Below are positions 19,726 to 30,115 of a DNA stretch of 64,000 nt, piece after piece; position 1 is the stretch's first letter; each line of letters opens with the position of its first letter. The notes below the pieces were generated by a model. That model had not been told where the DNA came from. It ran no database searches and worked only from the letters and a program-made list of their open reading frames with translations. The DNA lies in the NCBI GenBank assembly GCA_025055285.1, contig JANWXM010000014.1, positions 21,043-85,042 on the forward strand. Reading direction: 5' to 3'. This DNA is from Saprospiraceae bacterium. Lineage in GTDB: Bacteria > Bacteroidota > Bacteroidia > Chitinophagales > Saprospiraceae. A program made the translations under genes and the position numbers.

Positions 19726-20030
19726 GGCCGGGCAAGAATACGCATATTTTGGAATATGCTACGCGTGCCTCTGAATTGGTAGTAAAAAACATCTTCCGCG
19801 AAGTCAGAAACAAATTCTAGCCTTTCCGCGCTTACGGACTTGAACATCGAAAGGCTCGCTTAGGGAAAATTTAAAAAATGCAAAATGCATACAATCAGAT
19901 ATTTATTTAAAAAATAATCCAAAAAATCTTCTTTTCTCTCTGCCTTTGAAAATATGGAAATGTCCTTGAGGCCGGCACATGGCAGCCGCACTTTTGCCTC
20001 GGGAAACAAAATTTTTCAACAGCAAAAGGT

Positions 20031-23000
20031 ATGAGGAAAAGCGTTATGAAAAATCCGTCTCGCATCTCCGTGAAAAGTCACTTATGCGCTAAGATCATAC
20101 TTCTAGGCGCGTTGTTGTGGGCTTTTTTTCAGCAGCCTGAAACTGCGTTGGCACAATGCAATCCTAAGGGCAATCCTAGCCGAAGGGAATATGTGCTCAC
20201 ACCTGCGGGAAAGATCCATTTGGTAGGGCAGCAGTACTGTACTTCGGCATCCCAAGGCAACGGATGCTGCAGCAGCAATCCTGAGTATCGGTGCCTAGAC
20301 TTGGTTTTCCATATTCAGAACGGTCCCAATGGCGAGCTATTTGACACCACCTGTCGAGGGCAGCTAAACTTGACAACGGCTCAAGGAAACTTCGATGCGC
20401 TGTTTTTCAAAGTAGGCGCCTCCAGCCTCGCGGGTAATCAAGTCCATTGTGCAATGCCGGTGAATATTGGGAATAATTTTGATATTACTCTGCTGTTCAA
20501 TGGCTTACTCAATGGAAACGTAGCGGCGCATCTGCTGGTGTTCAACTCTTTAGGCGTACAAGTGCACAGCAATGTCCAGATTGTTAGTCCTGGACAATCG
20601 ATTGTGCTGACGCTGTGTAAGCCAGGTTTTGGCTGTATCATGAACGACCTCATCTTTGGCTGCTGTAATGCTAGCGCAACCCTGTCTCTCAGTAGCGGAG
20701 CACCTGCTACCCTTTGCGCAGGTCAAACCACCGTGCTAAAAGTAGCTGGTCTGAACGGTCTGCCACCTTACCAGGTTACGGTGCGCGCAGCTACGGCGAC
20801 GGATACAACATACATTAAGGTCTCTGTGCCCAGCGACGGCGATATAAACCTGACGCGTGATACGCTGTTGATCCCTGTTTCACCTGCGAAGACAACTACT
20901 TACTGTGCCGTAAGCGTTCAGGATGCTACGGGTTGCATCCAACCCGTGAGTGCAAACCACAAGGCTACAGTAACAATAGCGCCCAGTCCTATTGTGAATG
21001 CCGGCAACGATATATGGTTATGTCCAAACGAAAACCTCAATATCCATGCTCTGGGTGCTTCTATACAACCTAACGGCACTGGCGTGAGCGCAGGGGTATG
21101 GAGCACAAGCGGCACAGGAACTTTCCTGCCCGACAACCAGTTCCTTGGAGCAGCAACATACGTACCTAGTGCAGCTGACCGAGCAACAGGCTTCGTCTAC
21201 TTAACGCTGACCAGCGACGACCCTCCTGGTCCTTGCGGGCCAGTATCAGACCAGGTAAAGGTATCCTTCTTGCCATCGCTCAGCCTCACGTGCAACAATA
21301 AAGTACAAGTAGCGATCGACCAGACGGGCGTTGCTGTTATCTCGCCCGATGATCTGCTAGAAGCTCCACACCTTCACGGCAAATACTCAGTGGAAATATT
21401 CGTCAACAGTATACCTGTTGGTAACAAAGTAGACTGCTCTCACATTGGCCAGAACGTATTAGGCCGCGTGACTGACTTGTGTACTGGTGTGCGATGTAGC
21501 ACCCGCATCGAAGTAGTAGACCATCTGCAGCCCAAGCTTACTTGCACTGACATTACCCTACCATGTGCCGTGATAAACTACACACCTGCTGCATTGGCAG
21601 CGCTGAACATTACCCATGCATACCCGCAAATAGACGAGAATTGCACAAAGTACGAGTTGACGCATACCGATATCTGGAAAGATCTTACTTGCAATGACCC
21701 TTACATCGGCTATGTTCTGCGTACTTGGACAGCGCGCGATGCGCACGGCAACGTGTCATCGTGTTCGCAATATATCTACTTCGAAAACCGAGGTTTAGAT
21801 GCCGTGCGCATTCCACCTAACATCACATTGAATTGCAGCAGCAGCGCTCCCGATACCTCAATTATGAATACGGGCGTGCCATTTATTGAGGCCTATGGCG
21901 TAAAGTTTCCTTTGTTCCCGCCTGCAAAAGCCGGAGCATGTCGGCTGAGTATCCTGTATCAAGATAAGATTTTCTCCAACTGCGCGGGTTCGGACAACAT
22001 CGTAAGGGAATGGACGGTGCTGGATTGGTGTAAACCCCTTGTCCAAGGCGGCCCAAACGCCAATCCGCGCATCTTTTCTCAAGTAATTTCGGTAATCGAC
22101 CAGACGGGCCCAACCTTTCTTAACTGCCCTAGTGACCTGACAGTAAGTACCGACGCACTGGCCTGCTGTGCTACAGTAGCCCTCCCTCCTGTGCTGCTGC
22201 GCGACATGTGCGCCCTGCCGCGTGAAGCTTCAGCCACTATATTGGTGCGACACCCTGTTACGGACGACGTCATCAATACTATCCAAGTACCTGCAGTTCT
22301 GACTGCGCCATCGGGCGCCAACCCGACCGCTGCAGACCGCTTAGCCACTTTTGCCTCTACACCCTGCCTACCTCTTGGAAGGCACACTGTCATCTATCAA
22401 ACGGAAGACAACTGTAACAATACCTCAACATGTTCTTTCCGACTAAAGGTGTCAGATCTCACGCCACCTGAAGTATCTTGTATAGAAATCACGCAAGTTT
22501 CACTGAATATCAACGGAATAGCTCTAGTCAATGCCTCTACTTTTGACAAGGGCTCCTACGATGCTTGCGGGCCGGTCTATTTCAAAGCGCGGCGGATGAA
22601 CGACAGCCCTTGCCAGCCTGCCTCGCACTTTGTGGATCAGGTAAAGTTTTGCTGCGAAGACATTGGCGACACTATCGCCATCATCCTGCGAGTGTATGAT
22701 GCCCCGCCACCCGCTGGTCCTATCTTACCCGAGGTCGCTGTAGGAAATTTCAACGAGTGCATGGTACAAGTGTATGTAGAAGATAAACTTAAGCCTACCT
22801 GCACGCCGCCACCTAACACCACAATAAGTTGTGAAAACTTCGACCCTACCTTATGGTCATACGGAAAGGCTAAGGCTGTAGACAACTGCTGTATAGACAC
22901 GACCATCACCGCCGTAGACTATACGCAATTTGACACGCTGTGCAACCGCGGCACAATCGCTCGCATCTTCCGTGCAGTAGACTGCAGCGGCCAAACTTCC

Positions 23001-25568
23001 ACCTGCATCCAGCGTATTGTCGTCACTTATCAATCCGGCTTCTTTGTGCGCTTTCCCAATGACCTCATCCTCAAAGAATGCAATGACTTTTTTGACAACT
23101 TTGGGCAACCTGAGTTCTTAGGCAAGGATTGTGAAGCCTTGGGCGTATCGTACGAAGATCAACGCTTTACCGTTGTACCAGATGCTTGTTTTCAGATTGA
23201 ACGCACTTGGACTATTGTCAACTGGTGTGGTTACAATCCCAATTTAGGCTGTACTGTTGTGCCCAATCCAAATCCGAACCCACTTAGCGAACATCCAAGC
23301 AATCTCGTCGGGCCGACTGTATCTGCGGCGGGCACGCCCGCGCCTTGGGCTCCCACTGTAGTGCGGATTACGCCTACAGACCCACAGCCAACCAACTTTA
23401 GCACATTTTGGTCATCTAATCCCAATTGTTACAAATATACTCAAATTATTAAAATACGCGACACAAAAAAACCTGTTATTCAATGCCCTATTGGGTCAAT
23501 TCAGGAATGTGACCAAACAAACAACGACCCACAATTATGGAATGCATCCGTCTGGAAGGATGCTTTGACAGGTAGCCACGACCTAGGTGAGGGTGCCATA
23601 GATTTGTGCATCAGCGCGACCGATGCATGTTCAGGCCCTAACCTCAACGTGCGCTTTTTACTCTTCTTAGACCTAGACAACAACGGCTCCACAGAGACCG
23701 TCGTGGGCAGTACCAATCCTCCGCCACCAGGCCTTGTTTTCTTTGGCAACGCCAATCATCCTAACTACAATGGTGGCAGCCCACGTGTTTTCGACCACCG
23801 CAGTGTCTCTGACGCTCGCAAGTATCGCTTCGCCTTACAGACTACTGTAGCCGGACAAAATCTCGTGGCCTGCTTGCGCTGGAACACGCAAGAAAATCCG
23901 AACCAGTATGTACTTCCTGAACTGCCCTATGGTACGCATAAAATCAAATGGTTTGTAGACGACGGCTGCGGTAATGAGCAAGTCTGTGAGTATACCTTTA
24001 CCATCAAAGACTGTAAAGCGCCTACTGTAGTCTGCCGCAACGGCATTAGCGTCAATCTCATGCCAACTAAAATGGTGCCCATTAGTGTTCATGACTTGCT
24101 CCAGAGCGCTGCCGACAACTATACGCCTAGTAATCTGCTCATCTTTGGGCTGCGCCGCTCAGGAACAGGCACAGGATTTCCCTTCTCACAAAGTGGTAAC
24201 CCACAAACTTCGGTAATGTTCGACTGCTCAAACCTGGGCTTTAACCTGGTACAACTATGGGTTATGGATCTGACAGGCAACACCGACTTTTGTGAGACGT
24301 TCGTTCACGTACAAGACAACGTCAAGGTTTGCAACAGCACCAACGGCTCTGTTGCAGGGCTTATTCAAACAGAAAGCGGCAAAGGACTAGAAGACGCAAC
24401 GCTTCAACTGTACGTTACGGATGCCCAAGGTACCGTAGAAATGCAAGCCATCACTGAACCTGATGGCTATTACTTTGTGCCTAATGCCTTGCTAAAAGGA
24501 AGCACAACGACCGTCAAACCTGTTAAAAATAACGACCCGCTCAACGGTGTGTCTACTTTTGATTTAGTGCTCATTAATAGACACATTCTAGGGATAGAAC
24601 CCTTGAGCACTCCCTATAAAATGATTGCTGCTGATGCTAACAACAGCCGCTCCATCACAACTTTTGACATCGTTGAACTGCGCAAGCTCATCTTAGGGCT
24701 TTACACCGAACTGCCCAACAACACTTCTTGGCGATTCGTAGCAAGAGATTACCTCTTCCCAGAGCCGCTGAATCCTTTTAAAGAGGTGTTTCCAGAAAGA
24801 CGCGATATTCACAACTCCGTGGAGGATCATCTCTCCGTTGATTTCATCGCTATCAAAGTAGGCGATGTCAATGGAAATGCCATCACTAACAGTTTCACTC
24901 GCATAGGAGAACGCTCCGCCGGCACACTCCTCTTCGATGTAGAAGACCGCGTCGTGCGCCGAGGCGAAGTATTCACTGTCCGCATCACGCCTAGCGAACC
25001 CGTTACGGGCTATCAATTTACGCTAAATCACCCTGGCCTGGAACTCATAGATATTGTGCCTGGTCGTGGAATGAGTTTAGAGCATTTTGGTATTCATCCT
25101 GAGGAGCAAGCAGTTACGGTATCTAACGATGCACTTGAACAAGTTGATGGCTTTAGCCTAATCTTCCGCGCTCATACCGATGGGCTGCTGCGCCAACACT
25201 TGCAACTATCCAACCAAATTACAAAAGCCGAAGCCTACCGTGCCGACGAATTCCTCGAAGTAGCTCTCCGCTTTCGCTCTGATGGGAACGATCAAGTCAG
25301 CGGTATTGGCTTCGAGCTCTATCAAAACCGCCCTAACCCATGGGCACAGCGCACGCAAATCAGCTTCCACCTGCCCGCAGAGGAGCCCGTTACATTGACC
25401 GTCTACGACGAAACTGGACGCATTCGCTTCCGCTATACGAGCGTCTACGCGCGCGGATACCACACGCTCACCTTAGATAACGAAGTAATCGGCCCACAAA
25501 CAGGCGCACTCTTCTACCGCCTGGAAACGCCTACGCATTCGGCTGTTCGGCGAATGATTAGAATGTAG
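20031..25568 (+). CDS. Giant secreted surface protein with T9SS type A C-terminal sorting domain
   Basis: 1845 aa with a signal peptide and many Cys-containing HYR/Ig-like repeats (D..P...CP.D pattern). A CarboxypepD_reg-like segment lies at nt ~24345-24530. Two dockerin-like EF-hand repeats lie at nt ~24528-24700 (NNDPLNGVSTFDLVLINRHILG and DANNSRSITTFDIVELRKLILG). A cohesin-like segment lies at nt ~24900-25230. The sorting domain is at nt ~25315-25565 (ELYQNRPNPW...TLTVYD...FYRL). Confidence 0.8.
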   Translation: MRKSVMKNPSRISVKSHLCAKIILLGALLWAFFQQPETALAQCNPKGNPSRREYVLTPAGKIHLVGQQYCTSASQGNGCCSSNPEYRCLDLVFHIQNGPNGELFDTTCRGQLNLTTAQGNFDALFFKVGASSLAGNQVHCAMPVNIGNNFDITLLFNGLLNGNVAAHLLVFNSLGVQVHSNVQIVSPGQSIVLTLCKPGFGCIMNDLIFGCCNASATLSLSSGAPATLCAGQTTVLKVAGLNGLPPYQVTVRAATATDTTYIKVSVPSDGDINLTRDTLLIPVSPAKTTTYCAVSVQDATGCIQPVSANHKATVTIAPSPIVNAGNDIWLCPNENLNIHALGASIQPNGTGVSAGVWSTSGTGTFLPDNQFLGAATYVPSAADRATGFVYLTLTSDDPPGPCGPVSDQVKVSFLPSLSLTCNNKVQVAIDQTGVAVISPDDLLEAPHLHGKYSVEIFVNSIPVGNKVDCSHIGQNVLGRVTDLCTGVRCSTRIEVVDHLQPKLTCTDITLPCAVINYTPAALAALNITHAYPQIDENCTKYELTHTDIWKDLTCNDPYIGYVLRTWTARDAHGNVSSCSQYIYFENRGLDAVRIPPNITLNCSSSAPDTSIMNTGVPFIEAYGVKFPLFPPAKAGACRLSILYQDKIFSNCAGSDNIVREWTVLDWCKPLVQGGPNANPRIFSQVISVIDQTGPTFLNCPSDLTVSTDALACCATVALPPVLLRDMCALPREASATILVRHPVTDDVINTIQVPAVLTAPSGANPTAADRLATFASTPCLPLGRHTVIYQTEDNCNNTSTCSFRLKVSDLTPPEVSCIEITQVSLNINGIALVNASTFDKGSYDACGPVYFKARRMNDSPCQPASHFVDQVKFCCEDIGDTIAIILRVYDAPPPAGPILPEVAVGNFNECMVQVYVEDKLKPTCTPPPNTTISCENFDPTLWSYGKAKAVDNCCIDTTITAVDYTQFDTLCNRGTIARIFRAVDCSGQTSTCIQRIVVTYQSGFFVRFPNDLILKECNDFFDNFGQPEFLGKDCEALGVSYEDQRFTVVPDACFQIERTWTIVNWCGYNPNLGCTVVPNPNPNPLSEHPSNLVGPTVSAAGTPAPWAPTVVRITPTDPQPTNFSTFWSSNPNCYKYTQIIKIRDTKKPVIQCPIGSIQECDQTNNDPQLWNASVWKDALTGSHDLGEGAIDLCISATDACSGPNLNVRFLLFLDLDNNGSTETVVGSTNPPPPGLVFFGNANHPNYNGGSPRVFDHRSVSDARKYRFALQTTVAGQNLVACLRWNTQENPNQYVLPELPYGTHKIKWFVDDGCGNEQVCEYTFTIKDCKAPTVVCRNGISVNLMPTKMVPISVHDLLQSAADNYTPSNLLIFGLRRSGTGTGFPFSQSGNPQTSVMFDCSNLGFNLVQLWVMDLTGNTDFCETFVHVQDNVKVCNSTNGSVAGLIQTESGKGLEDATLQLYVTDAQGTVEMQAITEPDGYYFVPNALLKGSTTTVKPVKNNDPLNGVSTFDLVLINRHILGIEPLSTPYKMIAADANNSRSITTFDIVELRKLILGLYTELPNNTSWRFVARDYLFPEPLNPFKEVFPERRDIHNSVEDHLSVDFIAIKVGDVNGNAITNSFTRIGERSAGTLLFDVEDRVVRRGEVFTVRITPSEPVTGYQFTLNHPGLELIDIVPGRGMSLEHFGIHPEEQAVTVSNDALEQVDGFSLIFRAHTDGLLRQHLQLSNQITKAEAYRADEFLEVALRFRSDGNDQVSGIGFELYQNRPNPWAQRTQISFHLPAEEPVTLTVYDETGRIRFRYTSVYARGYHTLTLDNEVIGPQTGALFYRLETPTHSAVRRMIRM

Positions 25569-25608
25569 CTCAGAGAGCATTAAACTGAATACGCTTTTCC
25601 TCTTCACT

Positions 25609-25647
25609 GCGCGTCAGCTTCCTCGTTAGATGGCGCGCTTTTTTTTT
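25609..25647 (+). terminator. Rho-independent terminator after the giant surface protein gene
   Basis: Stem gcgcgtca (25609-25616) pairs with tggcgcgc (25631-25638): 8 bp including one G-U pair, with a 14-nt loop. A run of nine T follows (25639-25647). Confidence 0.6.
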
Positions 25648-25850
25648 CAAAGGAAAAAAGAATAAGCTCCCGCCGTTATGCTCATGCTTCAATAAACTCC
25701 TGTCTTCCAGGCGTGAAGAGTTGTAGAGTACTCTCTTTCTCCGACGCAGCATTTAAATTTCTCATGCCGTTTTTTCTCCTTGCAAAAAGCTGCTTTGCTG
25801 CTACTGTAAGCAGTTTAAGTAAAGTCAGCGTATTTGATCAGCACGCTTCA

Positions 25851-27047
25851 TTAATTTTCACTGACGGAAATAATTTTAAATTCTACCCTCTGATTGCGTC
25901 TACGACCTTCTGGAGTAAGATTGCTGTCCAGCGGTTGCGTCTTTCCGTAGCCTCTGTATTGCACCCGAACTTCAGGAATGCCCTTTTTGATCAACCATTC
26001 TGCTACCGCTTTTGCCCGATTGGTGGAGAGTTCCATTGCAAACTCGTCCGACGGTAGATTGTTTGTGTGCCCGCCTATTTCGATGACAACATTTGGGTTA
26101 TCTATCATAAAACGATATAGGGCTTCGAGCACTGGAATACATTCTTCTTTAATGGAATATTGGTTGGTATCGAAGTACAAGTTGCTTATTTGGAAGACGG
26201 CACCCTTTCGGAGAGGGCCTCGACTCACGATTTGCTTATCCAAAAATTCTGCAATGTTTTGAGTTGAGGTGTCGAGAGGCAGGTGTTTTTCGGAGGCTGA
26301 TGAGAGCGGTACCAAATCGCCCTTGCCTCGAGACCTACGACGATAGCCTTCTTGTTCAGTGGGAGGAGTGTTAGGATCTGTGGGCTTTGAGTCTCTTCGA
26401 GCCACAGCAGGCTCGTTACACGGAATGCTTCGGATGGGCGTAATGTTGTCGAGCAAGATGTTTCCGTTGTAAGGGAACATCACGGGTGTTCTATAAAAGG
26501 CTTCGAAGATTAAATAATTGTAATCGCCCTTTTTTGGTTGTAACTTAATTGTGCGAGTAGACCAGTTGGTATTAAGAATGGAGTCAGTTTGGTAAAGTAA
26601 TTCGCTCCGACTACAAGAAGCGGTTCCGCCCCAGATACGTAAGACGGCAGCTCCGATATAATCCGCTCGAGCTCCGGTGGTGCGGCTGTGGCTAAGGTAT
26701 ATGGGAGAGCGGCAAACGTTTAGTGAAAACTGATAACAATTTCCAGCTTTCAGGGGAGAAGACAGATGTTGGCCTACGGCCTCGTATGTTTCGTTATCTC
26801 GAACAACTAAGCCTAGGTAGGTTTGGCCGTGGCTTGCGGGGAGACTTACTTGAAAAGCTCCAGGTTGCACGTCTGGCGGCGACTCATTCACGAAACCACA
26901 ATCTTGCCATCCACGAGGAGGTCTACTTGGCGAGGGTGTATCCTCAAAAGAGGGATTTTCTAGGAGGATCTCTTGTTGAGCCATTGACAAACTCGGCAGA
27001 CAAAGGATGGCCACCAAGAGCTGCAGTAGTTTATTCTTCAATAGCAT
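25851..27047 (-). CDS. OmpA family protein with unassigned N-terminal domain (paralog 1)
   Basis: Signal peptide. The N-terminal ~210 aa are shared with the next gene (NPSFEDTP ... PRGW ... PPDVQP ... TYLGLVVRDNET ... LRIWGG ... FPYNGN.LLDNI.PIR). A low-complexity linker follows. The C-terminal OmpA_C domain reads GGHTNN.PSD.FAM.LS..RAKAV..WL ... NQRVEFKI. Confidence 0.8.
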   Translation of the reverse strand: MLLKNKLLQLLVAILCLPSLSMAQQEILLENPSFEDTPSPSRPPRGWQDCGFVNESPPDVQPGAFQVSLPASHGQTYLGLVVRDNETYEAVGQHLSSPLKAGNCYQFSLNVCRSPIYLSHSRTTGARADYIGAAVLRIWGGTASCSRSELLYQTDSILNTNWSTRTIKLQPKKGDYNYLIFEAFYRTPVMFPYNGNILLDNITPIRSIPCNEPAVARRDSKPTDPNTPPTEQEGYRRRSRGKGDLVPLSSASEKHLPLDTSTQNIAEFLDKQIVSRGPLRKGAVFQISNLYFDTNQYSIKEECIPVLEALYRFMIDNPNVVIEIGGHTNNLPSDEFAMELSTNRAKAVAEWLIKKGIPEVRVQYRGYGKTQPLDSNLTPEGRRRNQRVEFKIISVSEN

Positions 27048-27191
27048 GTTTCTTTTTTTTAATTATTCAGCAATGCATTGATTTAAATTCCAGTTGCATT
27101 TTATCGAATAGCCCTAAGATGATATTGACTCAAAGGGCCAAACATCAAATAAGCTCCTTTCTAAAAAGGTATCGCAAAAAGAGCTAACCCA

Positions 27192-28382
27192 TTAATTTTC
27201 GCGCATAGACAAAATTTTAAACTCTACGCGTTGATTTCGTTTGCGACCCTCTGGAGTGAGGTTGGTATCGATTGGCTGTGTTTTTCCGTATCCCTTGTAT
27301 TGAACGCGTTCTTTGGGAATCCCTTTGCCAATGAGCCAGTCTGCCACCGCTTTGGCGCGGGCGGTAGAGAGGGTCATGGCAAAATCGTCAGAAGGGCGGT
27401 TATTCGTATGGCCCCCCACTTCAATAATGACATCGGGATTTTCCACCAGAAAACGATACACGGTTTCCAAAGCGGGCAAGCACTCTTCCTTGATGGTATA
27501 TTTATCTGCATCAAAATAGAGGTTGCGCAACTGAAAAATTGAACCTTTTCGAAGGGCGCTGCGCGAGATGGTCTCTACAATAAGCGGAGCAGGAGTAGCT
27601 TGACCGTATGCAGACGGCGTCACTGAAGGTCTTGACGATACCTGCGGTGCAGGTTGAAAGGGGCGCTCTTGATATCTTTCTGGCTTGCTGCTCGTTATCT
27701 CGGTGGGTGATAGCAGAGGAGACGGACTTTCCACCATAGGAGGCATGTTGCAGTCGATTTGCCGGATGGGAGAAATGTTGTCGAGTAGAACGTTGCCGTT
27801 ATAAGGAAATAGCGTAGGAGTTTTGTAATAGGCCTCAATCAACAGATAGGAATAGCTAGCGCGCTTAGGATGTAAGCGAAAAATATAGGTGAGCCACCGG
27901 GTAGTAGTGATGACGTTAGTTTCATAGAGTAATTCTCCTCTGTCGCAGGAATCTTTTCCGCCCCAAATACGCAGCACAACGGGTGTAGCATAATTGACCT
28001 TTTCGCCCGTCGTAGTGCTTATGCTAATATATATTTCGGAGCGACAAAGGTCTATGGAGAACTCGTAGCATTCGTTAATCTCTAGAGGACGGGGCAATCG
28101 TTGACTAATTGCTTCATTGGTCTCGTTGTCGCGCACAACTAGACCTAGATAGGTTTTGCCATGACTGGGCTTCTTGGTGACGCTGTATCCCGAAGGCTGC
28201 ACATCAGGCGGCGTTTCATTGACCATGCCGCAATTGTACCACCCTCGAGGTGTCTTGCAGGTATCGGGCGTATCTTCAAAAGATGGATTGTTTAAAAGAA
28301 TTTCTTTTTGCGCCACTGCTAGGTACGGCGCTATTGCTAAGAAAATCCAGGTTATTCGCAATATTTTTTTATTTAGAGGCAT
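27192..28382 (-). CDS. OmpA family protein with unassigned N-terminal domain (paralog 2)
   Basis: Same architecture as 25851-27047. By eye it is roughly 55-60% identical, apart from a divergent Pro/Ser-rich linker. Confidence 0.8.
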   Translation of the reverse strand: MPLNKKILRITWIFLAIAPYLAVAQKEILLNNPSFEDTPDTCKTPRGWYNCGMVNETPPDVQPSGYSVTKKPSHGKTYLGLVVRDNETNEAISQRLPRPLEINECYEFSIDLCRSEIYISISTTTGEKVNYATPVVLRIWGGKDSCDRGELLYETNVITTTRWLTYIFRLHPKRASYSYLLIEAYYKTPTLFPYNGNVLLDNISPIRQIDCNMPPMVESPSPLLSPTEITSSKPERYQERPFQPAPQVSSRPSVTPSAYGQATPAPLIVETISRSALRKGSIFQLRNLYFDADKYTIKEECLPALETVYRFLVENPDVIIEVGGHTNNRPSDDFAMTLSTARAKAVADWLIGKGIPKERVQYKGYGKTQPIDTNLTPEGRKRNQRVEFKILSMREN

Positions 28383-28642
28383 ATTTTATTCTTTTTTATT
28401 ATTTTTTTAAGGATGAGGAAACGCCCTTGAAGTTAGAAAGCTCTTTGTTCCGCTCGCTCTTGCAGGCAATAAAACGAAATAACAACAACATTTATGGTAT
28501 AGAGGCTGCCGCAGAGCAGTGGAGGGCAAAGAAGGAAGAAAGACGTGATTAAAAAGGATTTTAAATCTCGGGGAGTGTCAAATCCGACATTTCTAAGGAT
28601 TCTGACAGGGATACGGGCGTGCCTTCCGGGAGAAGATAAGGA

Positions 28643-30115
28643 TTATTCAAAGCGAGTACTCCAGCTGCTTTGCCGAGGAGCGGAGAGGGAAAGCTGCTGC
28701 TTATGTTCTAGATGCAGGCGGAGGGCTAGAAGAGCGGCCAGCTGAGCAGGCAGAGCATGCTTTTCGCGAAGAGCTTCGGGCGTGTAGTATTTTGGAATAA
28801 AGCCCGTATCGAAGTGACCCTCGACGAAGGCAGGATGGTCCATAACGAATCGTCCGAAGGGCAAAGTAGTTGCCACGCCTTCGACTTCATAAGCATCAAT
28901 TGCCTGTTTCATGCGCTGAATAGCTTCTGCGCGCGTTTGACCCCACACAATTAATTTAGCTAACAAAGGGTCATAGAAGATAGGAACCTCCATCCCCTCA
29001 CTGTAGCCATCATCTACGCGGATGTATTCGCCTTTTGGCGGGCGGTACCGCGTGAGCGTACCTGTGGAGGGCAAGAAATTCTCTTGTGGATCTTCGGCGC
29101 ATACGCGGAGTTCGATAGCATGGCCATGGATGCGCAAGTCTTCTTGCCGGAAGGGCAACTCTTCGCCCCGCGCAACGCGAATTTGACATTCCACCAGGTC
29201 TAGGCCGGTGATGAGTTCCGTGACTGGATGTTCTACCTGCAGACGCGTGTTCATTTCGAGAAAGTAAAAGTTCCGCTCGGCGTCTACGAGAAACTCTACC
29301 GTACCTGCACCCGTGTAGTTACAGGCACGAGCAACGCGCACAGCAGCTTCGCCCATGGCGCGGCGAATGTCCGGCGTCATGATGACACACGGAGCCTCCT
29401 CTACAACCTTCTGATGGCGCCGCTGTATTGAACACTCGCGTTCAAATAGATACACTACGTTTCCATGTGTATCGGCCATCACCTGTACTTCCACATGGCG
29501 AGGGCTACTCACGTATTTTTCGATGAATACTGAGCCATCGCCGAAGGCCGACGTCGCCTCTGAGATGGCGCGCTCCATTTGCTCTTGCAAGTCCTCTTCG
29601 CGCTCTACCACCCGCATGCCCTTGCCGCCGCCACCAGCACTAGCCTTGATGAGAATAGGATAGCCCACTCGCCGACCGATAGCCTTGGCCGTCTCAAGGT
29701 CAGTGACCGCCTCTTCCACACCTGGCACCATCGGAACATCGAACCGTTTGGCAGCCTCCTTTGCAGCGAGCTTGCTGCCCATCATTTCAATGCTCTCTGG
29801 AGAAGGGCCAATAAAGATTAACCCAGCTTCCCTCACTTGGCGCGCAAAGGCGGCGTTTTCGCTTAAGAAGCCATAACCCGGGTGTATGGCATCCGCCCCA
29901 GTTTGACGAGCAGCTTCTATGATTTTATCACCTCTTAGATAACTCTGGGTAGAGGGCGGAGGCCCGATGCAAACAGCCTCGTCGGCGAAGCGCACGTGTG
30001 GCGATGCTCGGTCGGCTTGCGAGTAAACTGCAACTGTTTGAATGCCCATTCGCCGGGCCGTTCGCATTACGCGCAGGGCGATTTCGCCTCGATTAGCAAC
30101 GAGTATTTTTTTCAT
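28643..30115 (-). CDS. accC: Biotin carboxylase subunit (acetyl/acyl-CoA carboxylase)
   Basis: MKKILVANRGEIA, the ATP-grasp GGGGKGM motif and EMNTRLQVEHPVTE are present. At 490 aa it extends about 40 aa beyond typical AccC. There is no BCCP domain. Confidence 0.9.
   Translation of the reverse strand: MKKILVANRGEIALRVMRTARRMGIQTVAVYSQADRASPHVRFADEAVCIGPPPSTQSYLRGDKIIEAARQTGADAIHPGYGFLSENAAFARQVREAGLIFIGPSPESIEMMGSKLAAKEAAKRFDVPMVPGVEEAVTDLETAKAIGRRVGYPILIKASAGGGGKGMRVVEREEDLQEQMERAISEATSAFGDGSVFIEKYVSSPRHVEVQVMADTHGNVVYLFERECSIQRRHQKVVEEAPCVIMTPDIRRAMGEAAVRVARACNYTGAGTVEFLVDAERNFYFLEMNTRLQVEHPVTELITGLDLVECQIRVARGEELPFRQEDLRIHGHAIELRVCAEDPQENFLPSTGTLTRYRPPKGEYIRVDDGYSEGMEVPIFYDPLLAKLIVWGQTRAEAIQRMKQAIDAYEVEGVATTLPFGRFVMDHPAFVEGHFDTGFIPKYYTPEALREKHALPAQLAALLALRLHLEHKQQLSLSAPRQSSWSTRFE

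Noticed and set aside
25713-27187. ORFs of 94-154 aa antisense to the first OmpA paralog (25713-26057, 25978-26262, 26723-27187).
   Set aside because: They are nested opposite a gene supported by a paralog and a clear OmpA_C domain. They have no motifs.
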